Shown: positions 47,020 to 60,939, counted from the stretch's first letter. The stretch: DNA of 64,000 nucleotides from an uncultured Pelagibacteraceae bacterium (GCA_902555465.1 CACDSN010000004.1:14860-78859), one strand, 5' to 3'. Notes: generated by a model not told the origin, from the sequence alone. Program-made: numbers and translations.

Positions 47020-47549
47020 TGTCAAATTGGTTTATAGTTCAATCACACTCTAGTTTTGAGAATAAAGTTGCCCAACAAATTAAAGAAGAGGCAGATAAAT
47101 CAAAGATATCAGATAAAATAGAAGAAATTATAGTTCCTACTCACGATGTTACCGAGGTAAGAAGAGGAAAAAGAGTACAAAGAAAAAAAAAGTATTTTCC
47201 TGGTTATGTTTTGATTAAATGCGAAATGACTGACGATATTTATCATATGATTAAAGGATTAAAAAAAGTTAGCGGATTTTTGGGTTCAAAGGGTTCTCCG
47301 GTACCTGTTTCAGATAAAGAAATTGAGAAAATACTGGGTGAAATAAAAGATGGTGTAGTTCAACCAAAATCTGGTATAGATTACGCGATTGGTGAAAAAG
47401 TTCAGGTAATAGACGGACCATTCGCATCATTTAGTGGTTTAGTCGAGGAGATAGATGAAGACAAATCTAAACTGAAAGTTTCAGTTTCTATTTTTGGTAG
47501 ACCTACTCCAGTAGAATTGGAATTTAACCAAGTAGAAAAGGCAAGTTAA
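47019..47549 (+). CDS. nusG: transcription termination/antitermination factor NusG
   Basis: 176 aa with NGN ([11 protein letters not shown]) and KOW ([16 protein letters not shown]) domains. Confidence 0.95.
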   Translation: MSNWFIVQSHSSFENKVAQQIKEEADKSKISDKIEEIIVPTHDVTEVRRGKRVQRKKKYFPGYVLIKCEMTDDIYHMIKGLKKVSGFLGSKGSPVPVSDKEIEKILGEIKDGVVQPKSGIDYAIGEKVQVIDGPFASFSGLVEEIDEDKSKLKVSVSIFGRPTPVELEFNQVEKAS

Positions 47550-47977
47550 TGGCAAAAAAAGAAATTTCAGGTTATGTAAAATTACAAATTAAGGGTGGTC
47601 AAGCTAATCCTGCACCTCCCGTAGGACCTGCGCTTGGTCAAAGAGGAATTAACATAATGGATTTTTGTAAAGCATTTAATGAAAAAACAAAGAATCTAAT
47701 GGGTAAGCCGGTTCCAGTAATTATAACAGTTTATAAAGATAAAAAATTTGATTTTATAATTAAAACTCCACCAGCAACATATTATATAAAAGAAAAATTA
47801 AAACTTAAAAGTGGATCATCAGAACCTGGTAGAAATATAGTTAAATCAATTACAAAAAAACAATTAGAAGAGATAGCTAAAGAAAAAATGGTTGATTTGA
47901 ATGCACATGATGTAGAACAAGCAGCTAAAATAATTGCTGGTTCAGCTAGATCTATGGGTATAGAGGTAAAAGAATAA
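47549..47977 (+). CDS. rplK: 50S ribosomal protein L11
   Basis: 142 aa with the signature [16 protein letters not shown]. Confidence 0.97.
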   Translation: MAKKEISGYVKLQIKGGQANPAPPVGPALGQRGINIMDFCKAFNEKTKNLMGKPVPVIITVYKDKKFDFIIKTPPATYYIKEKLKLKSGSSEPGRNIVKSITKKQLEEIAKEKMVDLNAHDVEQAAKIIAGSARSMGIEVKE

Positions 47978-48666
47978 TGGTCTCAAAACGATTTAATAAA
48001 TTATTAAAATTAGAAAAAAATTTATCAGCAAGATCTGTTAAAGAACTACTTTCTGAGGTAAAAAAAAATTGCACAACAAAATTTGATGAATCAATAGATT
48101 TAAGCCTACAAATAAATAACAAGCAGAAAAAAGGTGAAATAAATTTACGAACTATTGTAAATATGCCGTCAGGTACTGGAAAAAAAATTAAGGTTGCTGT
48201 CTTATGTGATGAGTCACAAAAAGCATCTGCTCAAAAAGCTGGTGCTGACTTAGTAGGTTCAGACGATTTAATTGATAAAATCAAAGCAGGTGAGCTTAAT
48301 TTTGAAAAATTAATTTGTACACCAAAAATGATGATTAGTTTATCAAAGCTTGGAAAAATTTTAGGACCAAAAGGTTTAATGCCAAATCCAAAACTTGGTA
48401 CAGTTACTGATGACATCGAACAGGCCGTAAGAAATGCTAAAGCTGGACAGGTTGAAATTAAAAATGATAAAGATGGTAATATTGGAGTAAGTTTAGGAAA
48501 AAAATCATTTAGTGATGATAAAATTCTTTCAAACTTTAATGCAATTATTGAAACATTAATAAAAGAAAAAGCAAACAACTCTTTTAAAGGAGAGATGATA
48601 AAAAATATTTATTTAACCTCTACAATGGGAATTTCTTATAAACTTAAACTAGAAAAACATTTTTAA
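47977..48666 (+). CDS. rplA: 50S ribosomal protein L1
   Basis: 229 aa. Contains GPKGLMPNPK.GTVT, and the operon position fits. Confidence 0.95.
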   Translation: MVSKRFNKLLKLEKNLSARSVKELLSEVKKNCTTKFDESIDLSLQINNKQKKGEINLRTIVNMPSGTGKKIKVAVLCDESQKASAQKAGADLVGSDDLIDKIKAGELNFEKLICTPKMMISLSKLGKILGPKGLMPNPKLGTVTDDIEQAVRNAKAGQVEIKNDKDGNIGVSLGKKSFSDDKILSNFNAIIETLIKEKANNSFKGEMIKNIYLTSTMGISYKLKLEKHF

Positions 48667-48667
48667 T

Positions 48668-49174
48668 ATGAATAAAGAACAAAAAAAAACTTATATAGAC
48701 AAAATGACAACTGATATTGATAAGTCCAATGCAGTAATTGTAACGCATTATCAAGGTTTAAATATGCCTCAACTTGACGAGTTAAGAAAACAAATGAGAG
48801 AACATGGTATTTTATTTAAAATAACAAAAAATAGAATAACAAAGATAGCATTAGAAAAGACAAGAGCAAAAGAATTAAGTAAGCTTTTTGCTGGACCAAC
48901 AGCAGTAGCCTTATCAGATGATGCAATAACATCAGCAAAAATTCTAACAAAATTTTCTAAAGAAAATTCTAACCTAAAAATTTTAGGTGGAATAATGGGA
49001 GATGAGATTCTTGATGTTGCTGCTGTACAAAATGTAGCAACTTTACCTACATTAGATGAGGCAAGAGCGAAAATCGTTGGTATTTTAAGGTCTCCAGCTC
49101 AAAAATTAGCTACGATTTTACTTGCGCCGGCGACAAAAATCGCTATTTTGGCGAGCGAAAAATCAAAAAAATAA
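48668..49174 (+). CDS. rplJ: 50S ribosomal protein L10
   Basis: 168 aa. Supported by its position between rplA and rplL and an L10-like sequence. Confidence 0.9.
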   Translation: MNKEQKKTYIDKMTTDIDKSNAVIVTHYQGLNMPQLDELRKQMREHGILFKITKNRITKIALEKTRAKELSKLFAGPTAVALSDDAITSAKILTKFSKENSNLKILGGIMGDEILDVAAVQNVATLPTLDEARAKIVGILRSPAQKLATILLAPATKIAILASEKSKK

Positions 49175-49193
49175 CCAGGGACACTAAAATATT

Positions 49194-49562
49194 ATGGCCG
49201 ATCTAAACAAAATCATTGATGAATTATCAAGTTTAACAGTTGTTGAAGCTGCTGAACTATCAAAACAATTAGAAGAAAAGTGGGGAGTGACAGCTACAGC
49301 AGCTGTTGCAGCACCTGCAGCAGCAGGTGGTGCTGCACCAGCAGAGGAGAAAGACGAATTTACTGTTGTCTTAGCTTCGGCAGGAGACAAAAAAATTAAT
49401 GTAATTAAAGAAATTAGAGCAGTTACATCATTAGGTTTAAAAGAAGCTAAAGATTTAGTTGAAGGTGCACCTAAAGATGTAAAGGCAGGTGTAAACAAAA
49501 AAGAAGCAGAAGAAATTAAGCAAAAATTAGAAGCTGCTGGCGCAAAAGTAGAACTCAAGTAA
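49194..49562 (+). CDS. rplL: 50S ribosomal protein L7/L12
   Basis: 122 aa with an Ala-rich hinge and the C-terminal domain [19 protein letters not shown]. Confidence 0.97.
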   Translation: MADLNKIIDELSSLTVVEAAELSKQLEEKWGVTATAAVAAPAAAGGAAPAEEKDEFTVVLASAGDKKINVIKEIRAVTSLGLKEAKDLVEGAPKDVKAGVNKKEAEEIKQKLEAAGAKVELK

Positions 49563-49590
49563 TTAACTTAAATAATTTTATTAAGTTAAT
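49562..49590 (+). terminator. AT-rich hairpin in the rplL-rpoB spacer; candidate attenuator
   Basis: A 10-bp perfect stem ATTAACTTAA/TTAAGTTAAT encloses a 9-nt loop and starts at the last base of the rplL stop. There is no adjacent T-run, only TTTTT about 10 nt downstream. The position is analogous to the E. coli rplL-rpoB attenuator. Confidence 0.3.
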
Positions 49591-49605
49591 AAGCTAAAAT
49601 TTTTA

Positions 49606-52600
49606 ATGGATTTATCTTTTACAGGTAAAAAAAATATTAGGAAAAATTTTGGCAAGCTTAAAGAAAGCTTGTCAATTCCTAACCTTATTGAAGTTCAAAA
49701 AAATTCTTACAAACAATTAACCGAATTCAATTCAGAAATTGAAGCTCATTTGGTTAAAGGCTTTGATAGAGTGTTTAAGAGCATTTTTCCAATCGAAGAT
49801 ATAAATGATAAAGCAACACTTGAATACGTTTCATACAAATTTGATAAACCAAAATTTGATGTTGATGAATGCATCTCTAGGGGTTTAACTTATTCTGCAG
49901 CATTAAAATGTACTCTTAGATTGGTAGTTTACGAAATTGATGCATTAAATAATACAAAAGAGATATTATCTGCCAAAGAACAAGAAGTGTATATGGGCGA
50001 AATACCGATGATGACGAATAGCGGGACATTTATCATTAACGGTGTTCAGCGTGTAGTAGTAAATCAAATGCACAGAAGTCCAGGTGTTTTTTTTGATCAC
50101 GACAAAGGTAAATCACACGCAAGCGGAAAGCTTTTATTTAATTGCCGAGTTATACCAAATAGAGGTTCTTGGTTAGATTTTGAGTTTGATGTTAAAGATC
50201 TTCTATATTTTAGAATAGATAGAAAGAAAAAAATTTTAGTAAGCACACTTTTACTTGCTTTAGGATACTCAAAAAACGATATCGTAAATGAATTTTATGA
50301 AAAAGAAAATTATATTTATGAAGAAAAAAGTAAAAAATGGAAAACTAAATTTGATCCTGAAAACTATAAATCAAAAAATTTTTCTGAGGAAGTAATTGAT
50401 GCAAGAAACAATAAGATAGTAATCAAGGCAGGTGAAAAAATTAATTTTTTAAATGCAAAAAAACTTCAAAATGATGGTTTGAAAGATATATATGTATCTA
50501 AAGAGTTCTTAATTGGAAAATTTTTACATAAACAAATCCAAATTGATGGAATTGAAGATAAATTTGCTATTGGAACTGAATTAAATGAGACTATCCTAGA
50601 TAAATTTATTGAAAATAAAATCTTTACAATTGAAGTTTCAAAAACCAATCCAATTAATAAAGGACCATATCTTTTAATATCATTATTAAATGACAAGAAT
50701 GAAAATAAAAATGATGCAATAAACGACATATATAAAGTCTTAAGACCAGGTGAACCTCCAACTATTGAAATTGCATCTCAAATTTTTAATAATTTATTTT
50801 TTAGTTCGGAGAGATATGATTTATCTGATGTTGGAAGAGTTAAACTTAACTCAAGACTTAGTATAAATTGTTCTGATAAAATAACTATACTTAGAAACGA
50901 AGATATCATCGCTATTATAAAAAAAATGCTTGAGTTGAGAGACGGAAAAGATGATGTCGATGATATTGATCATTTAGGAAACAGAAGAATAAGATCTGTT
51001 GGTGAACTTGTGGAAAATCAAGCCAGAATGGGTGTTTACAGAATGGAAAGAGCTATAAAGGAAAAGATGACTACACTTGATGTTGAGTCAGCAATGCCTC
51101 AAGATTTAATTAATGCTAAACCACTAACTGTTTCTTTAAAAGATTTTTTTGCAACTTCTCAGTTATCACAATTCATGGATCAAACAAATCCTTTATCAGA
51201 AATAACTCACAAAAGAAGAGTTTCAGCCTTAGGTCCAGGTGGTTTAACTAGAGAAAGAGCTGGATTTGAAGTTAGAGATGTACACCCAACTCACTACGGA
51301 AGAATTTGTCCAATAGAAACTCCAGAAGGACCAAATATTGGTTTGATAAATAGTTTATCTACTTATTCAAAAATTAACAAATACGGATTTATTGAAAGTC
51401 CATATAAAAAAGTTGAAAATGGTAAAGTAGTTGAAAATATAGAATATTTATCAGCAATGGAGGAAACTAAATTTACAATTGCTCAAGCAAATTCTAAGCT
51501 CGATAAAAATGGTAAATTCACTGAAGATCTAGTTTCTTGTAGGCAAAATTTAAATTTCATTTTAGCTAAACCTGAAAATGTTGATTATATTGACGTCTCA
51601 CCCAAACAACTTGTTTCAGTTGCCGCATCTTTAATTCCTTTTTTAGAAAATGATGATGCAAACAGGGCATTAATGGGATCTAACATGATGAGACAAGCAG
51701 TTCCATTAATGAAACCCGAGGCTCCACTTGTTGGAACAGGTATTGAAAGTGACGTAGCTTTAGATTCAGGAGTAACTATTGTTGCAAGAAGAGATGGTAT
51801 AGTAGATAAAATCGATGGAAAACGAATTGTAATAAAGGCATCGGAAGAAAAAGATTTTTCTAAATCAGGAGTAGATATTTATAATCTTCAGAAATTTAAA
51901 AGATCCAATCAGAATACTTGTATAAATCAAAAACCATTAGTACGTGTTGGAGATAAAGTGAAATCAGGTGATATTATTGCTGATGGACCTTCTACTAAAA
52001 TTGGTGAATTAGCTTTAGGAAAAAATGTGACAGTCGCATTCATGCCTTGGCAAGGATACAATTTTGAGGACTCAATATTAATATCAGAAAGATGTGTAAC
52101 TGATGATGTGTTTACATCTATACATATTGAAGAATACGAGGTAATGGCAAGAGACACTAAATTAGGAGAAGAGGATATAACTAGAGATATTCCAAATGTT
52201 AATGAAGAATCCTTAAAAAATTTGGATGAGTCAGGAGTTGTTTATATTGGCGCAGAGGTAAAACCAGGAGATATCTTGGTAGGAAAAGTTACACCAAAAG
52301 GAGACTCTGCTTCAGGGCCTGAAGAAAAACTTCTAAGATCAATATTTGGCGAAAAAGCGATCGATGTAATAGATACATCTTTAAGAATGCCAAGTGGTAG
52401 TGGAGGTACAGTAGTTGATGTACGTGTCTTTAACAGACATGGGATAGAAAAAGATGAAAGATCTGTAATAATTGAAAGATCAGAAATTGAAAGTGTTCAA
52501 CAAGATAAATTAGTGGAGGAAGAAATACTTGAGAGAAGTATTAAACAACGTGCGATATCTATATTGTCAGGATTAAAAAACCAAAAGAAAATAAAAACAA

Positions 52601-53694
52601 TTGAATCTGGAGAGACTATAAATGAAAATAAAATTAGCGACGTTTCGGTAGCCGAATTATTTAAAATTTCAGTTAATGAAAAAAATGCAATGGAAGCGAT
52701 GGATAAACTTAGGGATCAATACAATACAGCAAATCTTGATATTCAAACAAGATTTGAAGATAAAGTTTTGAAGATTAGACAAGGGGACGACTTATTGCCA
52801 AGTGTAATGAAAATGGTGAAAGTTTTCGTTGCAATGAAAAGAAGATTAAGACCAGGTGATAAAATGTCAGGCAGACATGGCAATAAGGGAGTTGTGAGTA
52901 AAATTGTACCTGTAGAGGATATGCCCTACATGGAAAGTGGTCAAGCAGTAGATATTGTATTAAATCCACTTGGGGTACCAAGTAGAATGAATGTTGGTCA
53001 AATATTAGAAACCCATCTAGGTTGGGCCTGTTCAGAAATTGGAAACAAATTAAAAAACTTAATTAACAAAACTATAAAAAATAATGAAAAAAGTAATGAA
53101 ATTAAAAAAATTCTAAAATCGGTATATGGAGATCAAGTTTACACTAATACAATTGATAAGTTATCTAATGTTGAATTTTCAGATTATATAGAAAATATGA
53201 AAAATGGCATTCCAATTGCTACACCAGTTTTTGATGGTGCTAAAGAGCAAGATGTAACTACTATGCTAGAAACAGCAGAACTTCCTGCATCTGGCCAAAC
53301 ATATTTATGGGATGGAAGAACCGGAGAGAAATTTGATAGACCTGTCACAGTAGGAACAATTTATATGTTAAAACTTCATCACTTGGTAGAAGATAAAATT
53401 CATGCTAGATCAACAGGACCTTATAGCTTGGTTACACAACAACCTTTAGGTGGAAAGGCACAGAATGGTGGTCAAAGATTTGGTGAAATGGAAGTTTGGG
53501 CATTAGAAGCATATGGTGCGTCTTATACGTTGCAAGAAATTTTAACAGTTAAATCTGATGATGTGGCCGGAAGAGTAAAAGTTTATGAAACTATTGTTAA
53601 AGGCGAAGAAAATTTTGAATCAGGAATACCTGAGTCATTTAACGTTTTAGTAAAAGAAATTAAGTCTTTAGCACTTAATGTAGAATTGAATTAA
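49606..53694 (+). CDS. rpoB: DNA-directed RNA polymerase subunit beta
   Basis: 1362 aa with conserved beta motifs ([42 protein letters not shown]). Confidence 0.98.
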   Translation: MDLSFTGKKNIRKNFGKLKESLSIPNLIEVQKNSYKQLTEFNSEIEAHLVKGFDRVFKSIFPIEDINDKATLEYVSYKFDKPKFDVDECISRGLTYSAALKCTLRLVVYEIDALNNTKEILSAKEQEVYMGEIPMMTNSGTFIINGVQRVVVNQMHRSPGVFFDHDKGKSHASGKLLFNCRVIPNRGSWLDFEFDVKDLLYFRIDRKKKILVSTLLLALGYSKNDIVNEFYEKENYIYEEKSKKWKTKFDPENYKSKNFSEEVIDARNNKIVIKAGEKINFLNAKKLQNDGLKDIYVSKEFLIGKFLHKQIQIDGIEDKFAIGTELNETILDKFIENKIFTIEVSKTNPINKGPYLLISLLNDKNENKNDAINDIYKVLRPGEPPTIEIASQIFNNLFFSSERYDLSDVGRVKLNSRLSINCSDKITILRNEDIIAIIKKMLELRDGKDDVDDIDHLGNRRIRSVGELVENQARMGVYRMERAIKEKMTTLDVESAMPQDLINAKPLTVSLKDFFATSQLSQFMDQTNPLSEITHKRRVSALGPGGLTRERAGFEVRDVHPTHYGRICPIETPEGPNIGLINSLSTYSKINKYGFIESPYKKVENGKVVENIEYLSAMEETKFTIAQANSKLDKNGKFTEDLVSCRQNLNFILAKPENVDYIDVSPKQLVSVAASLIPFLENDDANRALMGSNMMRQAVPLMKPEAPLVGTGIESDVALDSGVTIVARRDGIVDKIDGKRIVIKASEEKDFSKSGVDIYNLQKFKRSNQNTCINQKPLVRVGDKVKSGDIIADGPSTKIGELALGKNVTVAFMPWQGYNFEDSILISERCVTDDVFTSIHIEEYEVMARDTKLGEEDITRDIPNVNEESLKNLDESGVVYIGAEVKPGDILVGKVTPKGDSASGPEEKLLRSIFGEKAIDVIDTSLRMPSGSGGTVVDVRVFNRHGIEKDERSVIIERSEIESVQQDKLVEEEILERSIKQRAISILSGLKNQKKIKTIESGETINENKISDVSVAELFKISVNEKNAMEAMDKLRDQYNTANLDIQTRFEDKVLKIRQGDDLLPSVMKMVKVFVAMKRRLRPGDKMSGRHGNKGVVSKIVPVEDMPYMESGQAVDIVLNPLGVPSRMNVGQILETHLGWACSEIGNKLKNLINKTIKNNEKSNEIKKILKSVYGDQVYTNTIDKLSNVEFSDYIENMKNGIPIATPVFDGAKEQDVTTMLETAELPASGQTYLWDGRTGEKFDRPVTVGTIYMLKLHHLVEDKIHARSTGPYSLVTQQPLGGKAQNGGQRFGEMEVWALEAYGASYTLQEILTVKSDDVAGRVKVYETIVKGEENFESGIPESFNVLVKEIKSLALNVELN

Positions 53695-53696
53695 TT

Positions 53697-56600
53697 ATGA
53701 AAAAAGAATTAACAGACTTATTTAAAGAAAAATCAATTTCTGAAGCTCAAAATTTTAGTAGTATTAAAATTACTTTAGCGAGTCCTGAAAAAATTAAATC
53801 ATGGACTTACGGTGAAATAAAAAAACCAGAAACAATAAATTATAGAACTTTTAGACCTGAAAAAGATGGACTATTTTGTGCAAGAATTTTTGGACCTATA
53901 AAAGATTATGAATGTTTGTGTGGTAAATATAAAAGAATGAAATTTAGAGGTATAATTTGTGAAAAATGTGGTGTTGAGGTAACGAAATCTAACGTTAGAA
54001 GAGAAAGAATGGGCCATATTAATTTAGCTACACCAGTAGCTCATATTTGGTTTTTAAAATCCTTACCAAGCAGAATTTCTTTAGTAATAGACATGAAATT
54101 GAAAGAGGTAGAAAAAGTTTTATATTTTGAGAATTTTATTGTTATAGAGCCTGGTTTAACAGGACTTAAAAAAAACCAATTATTAAATGAGGAAGAATTA
54201 ATAAAATATCAAGACCAATACGGAGAAGAGTCTTTTTCTGCTGGAATTGGCGCAGAAGCGATTTTGGAAATTTTAAAATCAATAGATTTGAATGTTGAAA
54301 GAGATAAACTATCAAAATCTATAAAAGAAACCAAGTCTAAGGTAACAGAGGAAAGAAATGTAAAAAGACTTAAATTAATAGACTCTTTTATTGAAACAGG
54401 TAACAAACCTGAATGGATGATATTAACTACAATTCCTGTAATACCTCCTGAACTTAGACCTCTAGTACCTTTAGATGGCGGAAGATTCGCTACATCAGAT
54501 TTGAATGATTTATATAGAAGAGTAATTAATAGAAACAATAGATTAAAAAGACTAATTGATCTTAAAGCTCCAGATATAATTATTAGAAATGAAAAAAGAA
54601 TGTTGCAAGAGTCAGTTGATGCTCTATTTGACAATGGAAGAAGAGGCAGGGTCATCACTGGTACTGGAAAAAGGCCTTTAAAATCTTTAGCTGAAATGCT
54701 CAAAGGTAAACAAGGTAGATTTAGACAAAACTTATTAGGAAAAAGAGTAGATTATTCAGGAAGATCAGTAATTGTAGTTGGTCCTGATCTTAAACTCCAT
54801 GAATGTGGTTTACCAAAAAAAATGGCGCTAGAATTGTTCAAACCTTTTTTATATGCAAGATTAAATAAACTAGGTTTAGCCTCAACTATAAAACAAGCAA
54901 AAAAATTAGTAGAAAAAGAAAGAGACGAGGTATGGGATGCTCTTGAAATTATAGTAAGAGAACATCCTGTTCTTTTAAATAGAGCGCCAACACTTCATAG
55001 ACTCGGTGTTCAAGCATTCGAGCCAAAACTGATTGAAGGTGACGCAATTCAACTTCATCCACTGACATGTGCTGCATTTAATGCTGATTTTGATGGGGAT
55101 CAGATGGCTGTTCATGTTCCATTAAGCCTTGAAGCACAACTAGAGGCAAGAGTTTTAATGATGTCAACAAATAATATCTTGAGCCCATCTAATGGAAAGC
55201 CAATCATTGTTCCAAGTCAAGATATGATTTTAGGTATATATTATCTATCTCAACCACCATATCAAAATGAAAAAGTAGAGGGCTATTTTGTTAATACAGA
55301 TGAAATTTTGCAAGCTCTTGAAAATAAAAGCATTAAAATTCATTCGAGAATAATATCTAGATTTGAAACTGTTGATGAAAATGGAGAGACAAAATATGAG
55401 AAATATACAAGTACAGTTGGTAGGTTTTTATTAGCAGATATTATTCCAAAAAATTTAAATAACAATTTTGCTTTAGTTGATAGATTACTTCCAAAAAGAG
55501 TAGTATCTGAAGTAATTGATCACATATTTAGATTTTCAGGCCAAAAGAGTACAGTAATATTTTGTGATAAATTAAAAGATTTAGGTTTTAAATATGCATT
55601 TAAGGCTGGAATATCATTTGGAAAAGATGATCTAGTAATACCTGAAAATAAAGAATTATTAATTGATGAAACAAAAAAATTAATTTCTGAATACGAAAAT
55701 CAATATGCGGAAGGTTTAATTACAAGAGGAGAAAAATATAACAAAGTAGTTGATGCATGGTCAAAATGTACAGATAAAGTAGCCTCAGAAATGATGAAAA
55801 GAATTTCTGCAACAGAAGTAACAAAAGATGGTCTTAAAATAAATTCAGTATTTATGATGGCAGATAGTGGTGCTAGAGGATCTGCTGCTCAAATGAAACA
55901 ATTAGCTGGTATGAGGGGATTAATAGCAAAACCTTCAGGTGAAATCATAGAAAGTCCAATAACATCTAATTTTAAAGAAGGTTTAACAGCTTTAGAATAT
56001 TTTAATTCAACTCACGGTGCTAGAAAAGGATTAGCTGATACTGCACTTAAAACTGCAAATTCAGGATACTTAACTAGAAGATTGTGTGATGTAGCTCAAG
56101 ATTTAACTATTACATCAAAAAAATGTGATACCCCTGGTTTCATTCAACTAACAGAGATTATTGAAGGTGGAAATGTTATAGTAAGTATTTCTGAGAGAGC
56201 ATTAGGAAGAGTTGCTGCTAAAGATATTAAAAATCCTATAACTGGTGAAGTTATAATCAAAAAAGGTCAAATGATAGATGAAGAGGCTTGTGAAAAAATT
56301 GATGCAGCAGGTGTAAAAACAATAGATGTTTACTCAGTTATTACATGTAGTTTACCAGAGGGAGTTTGCTCAACATGCTATGGAAGAGATTTATCAAGAG
56401 GAATTTTAGTCAATGTTGGTGAAGCGATTGGAATGATATCTGCTCAGTCTATTGGTGAACCAGGTACACAGCTTACTATGAGAACTTTCCATGTCGGAGG
56501 AACAGCTTCAATTAAACAAGATAGTCAAATTGTAACAAAATCTAAAGGAACATTGAAAGTAATTAATACTAATTTAATTGAAGACTCGAAGAAAAACCTA

Positions 56601-57860
56601 ATAGTAATGGGAAGAAACACTCAATTATCCTTAGAAGATGAAAAAGGATTACAAATAGCAGTTTATAAAGTTCCTTACGGTTCAAAATTATATTTCCAAA
56701 ATGGAGATAAGATAAATCAAAATACAAAAATTTGTGAATGGGACCCATATACAACTCCTGTTATTGCTGAAAAAAGTGGTATTGCAAATTTTGTTGATTT
56801 AATAGATGGTGTATCTATTGCCGAAACAACGGATGATGCAACAGGAATTTCAACTAAAACTGTTATAGATTGGAAAACTCAATCAAAAAATACAGATTTA
56901 AAACCTAGAATTACTTTGAGAGACGAAAAAGGAAATGTTGTCAAAAAAGCAGATGATAATGAAGCAAGATACTATTTAGTTCCAGACTCCATATTATCAG
57001 TTTCAGACGGTCAAAAAATTCATGCAGGCGATGTAATAGCTAGATTGCCGAAAGAGACATCAAAAACTAAAGATATTACAGGAGGATTACCAAGAGTTGC
57101 TGAATTATTTGAAGCAAGAAAAGCAAAAGATAGCGCAATCATAGCAGAAAATGATGGAAAAGTTATTTTTGGCAAAGAAGTGAGAGGAAAACAACGAATA
57201 ACAATTGAGTCTGAAAATGGTGATAGTTCATCGTACTTAATACCCAAAGGTAAACATATTAATTTTAACCAAGGTGAAAAAATTAAAAAAGGCGAATATT
57301 TACTTGATGGACAGCCGTTGCCACATGATATTTTAAGAATTTTAGGAATTAAAGAGTTAACAGAATATTTTGTAAACCAAGTGCAGGAAGTTTACAGATT
57401 ACAAGGTGTTATAATTAATGATAAACATATCGAAGTAATTTTAAGACAAATGCTTAAGAAAATAGAAATAAAATCACCTGGCGACTCTAATTTATTACCA
57501 GGAGAAATTATTGAAAAAACTAGATTTGATGAGATTAATACTAAATTAAAAAATGAAGGTAAGGCATTAGTAGAAGGTGAAAGAATTTTAATGGGTATTA
57601 CTAAAGCTTCGCTGCAAACTGAATCTTTCATTTCAGCCGCGTCTTTCCAAGAAACAACAAGAGTTCTTACAGATGCCGCTATAAAAGGAAAAACTGATAA
57701 GTTGAGAGGTTTAAAAGAAAATGTAATTGTTGGAAGACTTGTCCCTGCTGGTACTGGATCTGTGAAAGTTACATGGAACAATAAAGCTAAGATAGATGAT
57801 GATGCATATTTGTCAGAAAAGGACAAACAAGAAACCTTAGAAAATCAGCCTTCTAGCTAA
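53697..57860 (+). CDS. rpoC: DNA-directed RNA polymerase subunit beta'
   Basis: 1387 aa with a Zn-finger (CLCGKYK...CEKCG) and the catalytic [12 protein letters not shown] motif. Confidence 0.98.
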   Translation: MKKELTDLFKEKSISEAQNFSSIKITLASPEKIKSWTYGEIKKPETINYRTFRPEKDGLFCARIFGPIKDYECLCGKYKRMKFRGIICEKCGVEVTKSNVRRERMGHINLATPVAHIWFLKSLPSRISLVIDMKLKEVEKVLYFENFIVIEPGLTGLKKNQLLNEEELIKYQDQYGEESFSAGIGAEAILEILKSIDLNVERDKLSKSIKETKSKVTEERNVKRLKLIDSFIETGNKPEWMILTTIPVIPPELRPLVPLDGGRFATSDLNDLYRRVINRNNRLKRLIDLKAPDIIIRNEKRMLQESVDALFDNGRRGRVITGTGKRPLKSLAEMLKGKQGRFRQNLLGKRVDYSGRSVIVVGPDLKLHECGLPKKMALELFKPFLYARLNKLGLASTIKQAKKLVEKERDEVWDALEIIVREHPVLLNRAPTLHRLGVQAFEPKLIEGDAIQLHPLTCAAFNADFDGDQMAVHVPLSLEAQLEARVLMMSTNNILSPSNGKPIIVPSQDMILGIYYLSQPPYQNEKVEGYFVNTDEILQALENKSIKIHSRIISRFETVDENGETKYEKYTSTVGRFLLADIIPKNLNNNFALVDRLLPKRVVSEVIDHIFRFSGQKSTVIFCDKLKDLGFKYAFKAGISFGKDDLVIPENKELLIDETKKLISEYENQYAEGLITRGEKYNKVVDAWSKCTDKVASEMMKRISATEVTKDGLKINSVFMMADSGARGSAAQMKQLAGMRGLIAKPSGEIIESPITSNFKEGLTALEYFNSTHGARKGLADTALKTANSGYLTRRLCDVAQDLTITSKKCDTPGFIQLTEIIEGGNVIVSISERALGRVAAKDIKNPITGEVIIKKGQMIDEEACEKIDAAGVKTIDVYSVITCSLPEGVCSTCYGRDLSRGILVNVGEAIGMISAQSIGEPGTQLTMRTFHVGGTASIKQDSQIVTKSKGTLKVINTNLIEDSKKNLIVMGRNTQLSLEDEKGLQIAVYKVPYGSKLYFQNGDKINQNTKICEWDPYTTPVIAEKSGIANFVDLIDGVSIAETTDDATGISTKTVIDWKTQSKNTDLKPRITLRDEKGNVVKKADDNEARYYLVPDSILSVSDGQKIHAGDVIARLPKETSKTKDITGGLPRVAELFEARKAKDSAIIAENDGKVIFGKEVRGKQRITIESENGDSSSYLIPKGKHINFNQGEKIKKGEYLLDGQPLPHDILRILGIKELTEYFVNQVQEVYRLQGVIINDKHIEVILRQMLKKIEIKSPGDSNLLPGEIIEKTRFDEINTKLKNEGKALVEGERILMGITKASLQTESFISAASFQETTRVLTDAAIKGKTDKLRGLKENVIVGRLVPAGTGSVKVTWNNKAKIDDDAYLSEKDKQETLENQPSS

Positions 57861-57887
57861 AAAAACCCTATTTTTAAAGCCTTTTAG

Positions 57888-57916
57888 TTTGACAAATCAA
57901 TTTTTTTAAGTATTTT
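57888..57916 (+). promoter_or_regulatory. candidate sigma70-type promoter for the rpsL-rpsG-fusA (str) operon
   Basis: Consensus -35 TTGACA (57888-57893), 17-nt spacer, -10 TATTTT (57911-57916). It sits in the only sizeable spacer (144 nt) of the ribosomal array. Confidence 0.4.
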
Positions 57917-58004
57917 GTCGATATTTTTTTGGTTGGAATGTAGTACTTTGTACTAAACGCTGCCAAACTAGCCGCTATTCAGTTTCACTCAAAAAAATAT
58001 TATT

Positions 58005-58376
58005 ATGCCTACTGTAAACCAGTTACTGAGAAAAAAAAGATCAAGAGTTAAAGCTAGAAATAAAGTCCCTGCTCTTGAACAATCACCTCAAAAGCGAGGC
58101 GTATGTCTTAAAGTATATACAACTACACCAAAAAAACCTAATTCTGCGCTAAGAAAAGTTGCTCGAGTAAGATTATCAAATGGTCATGAGGTAATTTCTT
58201 ATATTCCAGGAGAAGGACATAACCTTCAAGAGCACTCAGTAGTTTTAATAAGAGGTGGGAGAGTGAAAGATCTCCCTGGAGTAAGATATCATATTTTAAG
58301 AGGAAATTTAGATACACAAGGTGTATCGGCTAGAAAACAACAAAGATCTAAATATGGAGCTAAAAAAGGTAAATAA
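58005..58376 (+). CDS. rpsL: 30S ribosomal protein S12
   Basis: 123 aa with MPTVNQL... and [10 protein letters not shown] motifs. Confidence 0.98.
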   Translation: MPTVNQLLRKKRSRVKARNKVPALEQSPQKRGVCLKVYTTTPKKPNSALRKVARVRLSNGHEVISYIPGEGHNLQEHSVVLIRGGRVKDLPGVRYHILRGNLDTQGVSARKQQRSKYGAKKGK

Positions 58377-58381
58377 AATTT

Positions 58382-58852
58382 ATGTCTCGAAAAAGAAAAG
58401 CTCCGAAAAGAATTCCAATTGTAGATCCAAAGTTTAAATCAGCAATAATACCTAAATTAATTAATTCAATAATGTATGATGGCAAAAAAACCACTGCTGA
58501 AAAAATTGTATACGATGCACTAGATAAAATTAAATCAAAATCTAAAGATGAACCAATTAATATTTTTAATGAAGCAATAAATAATATAAAACCGACTGTA
58601 GAAGTAAGATCAAGAAGAGTAGGTGGTGCTACTTACCAAGTTCCAGTTGAAGTAAGACCAAAAAGATCCCAAGCATTAGCTCTTAGATGGCTTATAGAAG
58701 CTTCAAGAAAAAGAAAAGACAAAACTATGTCAGATAAATTATTTAGCGAAATATTTGATGCATATAATAAAAAAGGATCTTCAATAAAAAAGAAAGAAGA
58801 TACACATAAAATGGCAGAGTCAAACAAAGCATTTGCTCATTACAGGTGGTAA
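58382..58852 (+). CDS. rpsG: 30S ribosomal protein S7
   Basis: 156 aa with the [14 protein letters not shown] motif. Confidence 0.97.
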   Translation: MSRKRKAPKRIPIVDPKFKSAIIPKLINSIMYDGKKTTAEKIVYDALDKIKSKSKDEPINIFNEAINNIKPTVEVRSRRVGGATYQVPVEVRPKRSQALALRWLIEASRKRKDKTMSDKLFSEIFDAYNKKGSSIKKKEDTHKMAESNKAFAHYRW

Positions 58853-58858
58853 TTATTT

Positions 58859-60937
58859 ATGGCAAGAACACACGACATTGATAAATATAGAAATATTGGG
58901 ATAATGGCACATATCGATGCTGGTAAAACAACTACTACTGAAAGAGTTTTATATTATACTGGAAAAAGTCATAAGATCGGTGAAGTACATGATGGTGCCG
59001 CTACAATGGATTGGATGGAGCAGGAACAAGAAAGAGGAATCACAATTACTTCAGCAGCTACAACATGTTTTTGGAGAGAGCACAGAATTAACATTATAGA
59101 TACACCAGGCCATGTTGATTTCACTATAGAAGTAGAAAGATCATTAAAAGTTTTAGATGGCGCGGTTGCAGTTTTCGATGGAGTTGCTGGAGTTGAACCT
59201 CAATCAGAAACAGTTTGGAGACAAGCTGACAAATATAAAGTTCCTAGAATATGTTTTGTAAATAAATTAGATAGAACTGGAGCTGATTTTTTTAGATGTG
59301 TAGACATGATAAAAGAGAGGTTAGGTGCTAAACCTTTGGTTTTACAAGTTCCAGTTGGTATAGAATCATCATTAAAAGGTGTAGTAGACTTAGTTAAAAT
59401 GAAGGCTGTTATCTGGAAAGACGAGACTCTAGGCGCTGAATTTGAGTACCAAGAAATCCCATCAGACTTAAAAGAGATAAGTACTAAATATAGACAGGAA
59501 TTAGTTGAAACCGCTGTTGAGCAAGATGAAAAATTAATGGAAAGTTATTTAAATGGTGACGAAATAAAGGAAGGCGATTTAATTAAATGTATAAGAAAGG
59601 GATGTTTAAATTTTGAATTTGTACCTGTAATAACAGGCTCTGCATTTAAAAACAAAGGTGTTCAACCTCTTTTAGATGCTGTAATTGATTACTTGCCAAG
59701 TCCTAAAGATTTAGGCTCTATAAAGGGAACAATTCCAAACTCCGAGGATGAAATAGAGATGAAATTTGAAGATAATGCACCATTTTCAGCTCTCGCTTTC
59801 AAGGTAGCAAACGATCCTTTTGTTGGATCTCTAACGTTTATCAGAGTTTATTCAGGCACAATAAAATCAGGCACAGGAATTTATAATACATCTAAAGATA
59901 AAGAAGAAAGAGTAGGTAGAATGTTGTTAATGCACGCTAACTCTAGAGAAGATATTAAAGAGGCACATGCTGGAGATATCGTAGCTTTAGCAGGTTTAAA
60001 AAATACAATAACTGGTCACACATTAGCTAACGAAAATAATCCAATATTGCTTGAACCGATGGAGTTTCCTGATCCAGTGATCGAAATTGCTGTTGAGCCA
60101 AAAACAAAAGGCGATCAAGAGAAAATGGGTGAAGCATTGGGTAGACTTGCCAAAGAGGACCCATCTTTCAGAGTAACTTCTGATGAAGAGTCAGGACAAA
60201 CAATAATAAAAGGAATGGGAGAACTTCACCTAGATATAATTGTAGATAGAATGAAAAGAGAGTTTAAAGTTGAGGCAAATGTGGGTGCCCCTCAAGTTGC
60301 TTATAGAGAAACAATCTTAGGGTCATCAGAAGCTGATTATACACACAAAAAGCAGAGTGGAGGAGCAGGACAATTTGCTCGAGTCAAGTTACAATTAGAA
60401 CCTTTGGAACCTGGTAAAGGCAGAGAGGTTGAAAATAAAATTAAAGGAGGAGCTATTCCTAAGGAATTTATTCCTGGAGTTGAAAAAGGAATTGAGAGCG
60501 TATCAGACAATGGTATTTTAGCAGGTTTTCCAATAATAGATTATAAAGTAACAATCATTGATGGCCTGCATCACGATGTAGACTCGAGTGTGTTGGCATT
60601 CGAGTTAGCTTCAAGACAGTGTTTTAAAGATGCATGCCAAAAAGCTACATTAAAACTTTTAGAGCCAATTATGAGGGTGGAAGTTGTTACCCCAGAAGAT
60701 TATATGGGTGATGTTATTGGTGATTTAAATAGTAGGAGAGGTCAAATAAATACTCAAGAACAAAGAGGCAATGCAACAGTAGTTACTGCGATGGTGCCAT
60801 TAGCAAATATGTTTGGCTATATAAACGCATTAAGATCAATGTCTCAAGGTAGAGCTCAATACTCAATGTTTTTTGATCATTATGATAAAGTTCCTCAAAA
60901 TGTTCAAGATGAAGTAACCAAGAAAACAGGTACATAA
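58859..60937 (+). CDS. fusA: translation elongation factor G
   Basis: 692 aa with [17 protein letters not shown] and NKLD GTPase motifs plus EF-G domains IV and V. Confidence 0.98.
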   Translation: MARTHDIDKYRNIGIMAHIDAGKTTTTERVLYYTGKSHKIGEVHDGAATMDWMEQEQERGITITSAATTCFWREHRINIIDTPGHVDFTIEVERSLKVLDGAVAVFDGVAGVEPQSETVWRQADKYKVPRICFVNKLDRTGADFFRCVDMIKERLGAKPLVLQVPVGIESSLKGVVDLVKMKAVIWKDETLGAEFEYQEIPSDLKEISTKYRQELVETAVEQDEKLMESYLNGDEIKEGDLIKCIRKGCLNFEFVPVITGSAFKNKGVQPLLDAVIDYLPSPKDLGSIKGTIPNSEDEIEMKFEDNAPFSALAFKVANDPFVGSLTFIRVYSGTIKSGTGIYNTSKDKEERVGRMLLMHANSREDIKEAHAGDIVALAGLKNTITGHTLANENNPILLEPMEFPDPVIEIAVEPKTKGDQEKMGEALGRLAKEDPSFRVTSDEESGQTIIKGMGELHLDIIVDRMKREFKVEANVGAPQVAYRETILGSSEADYTHKKQSGGAGQFARVKLQLEPLEPGKGREVENKIKGGAIPKEFIPGVEKGIESVSDNGILAGFPIIDYKVTIIDGLHHDVDSSVLAFELASRQCFKDACQKATLKLLEPIMRVEVVTPEDYMGDVIGDLNSRRGQINTQEQRGNATVVTAMVPLANMFGYINALRSMSQGRAQYSMFFDHYDKVPQNVQDEVTKKTGT

Positions 60938-60939
60938 TA

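Noticed and set aside
49184-49558. 124-aa ORF antisense to rplL
   Set aside because: It mirrors the Ala-rich L7/L12 coding sequence (poly-Ala/Ser on the opposite strand). It is a shadow ORF.
54209-54703. 164-aa ORF antisense to rpoC. Also 57392-57826 and 57020-57247 (antisense to rpoC), and 50466-50729, 51927-52157 and 52775-52981 (antisense to rpoB)
   Set aside because: All lie inside rpoB or rpoC on the opposite strand, and none has a recognisable domain. Long antisense ORFs are expected by chance in long conserved genes.
57861-57887. Intrinsic terminator right after rpoC
   Set aside because: Only a weak, bulged A/T stem (GCTAAAAA...TTTTTAAAGC) can be drawn. It is too unstable to call.
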